A DNA stretch of 64,000 nt from Octopus bimaculoides (lineage: Eukaryota): positions 53,065,140 through 53,129,139 of the forward strand of contig NC_068990.1 in the NCBI RefSeq assembly GCF_001194135.2, read 5' to 3'. Made by a program: the position numbers and the translations under genes. The notes beneath the pieces are model-generated. The model was given only the letters and a program-made list of their open reading frames with translations, did not search any database and had not been told where the DNA came from. How positions within the stretch are numbered: the first letter of the stretch is position 1; each line of letters opens with the position of its first letter. Shown here one piece after another: positions 63,795 through 64,000 of the stretch.

Positions 63795-64000
63795 TAAATA
63801 ATAAATATATAAAATAAAATATGTATAATAGATTGATATTTCCTTTGTTGCTATCTCCCTGAAACATAATGTTGTTTCTTTATGATTGTGCTCTTCCGTA
63901 AATGAAAGCTAAAACAGTTTAGCAAACTTCCTTCCCCAGGATATTTTGTATCAGCTCCACACCTAAGATTCCTTTTTTATCAAAGTGACATCACTTGAAA

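Overview
AT-rich eukaryotic genomic DNA dominated by repeats, with four assembly gaps (8879-8978, 30411-30715, 53116-53550, 56847-57297). The SINE types and microsatellite style suggest an octopus genome (inference). No intact or recognisable host protein-coding gene was found; all protein-like ORFs are decayed transposons: Tc1/mariner, Helitron, R4/Dong-like, CRE-like and RTE LINEs, and a Penelope remnant. The most notable signals are: (1) a tRNA-headed SINE-like family with an internal minimal hammerhead ribozyme, present once as a single copy and once as a head-to-head dimer flanked by one 12-bp target duplication; (2) a Penelope-like fold-back remnant with two U3-A8 variant hammerheads; (3) an 11-unit array of hairpin plus putative pseudoknot in an RTE 3' UTR; (4) a textbook AG|GTAAGT candidate recursive splice site at 31107/31108; (5) chains of retroelements nested in (ATT)n/(TAA)n tracts. 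All alignments and folds were done by eye. Element boundaries without an explicit TIR or TSD are approximate.
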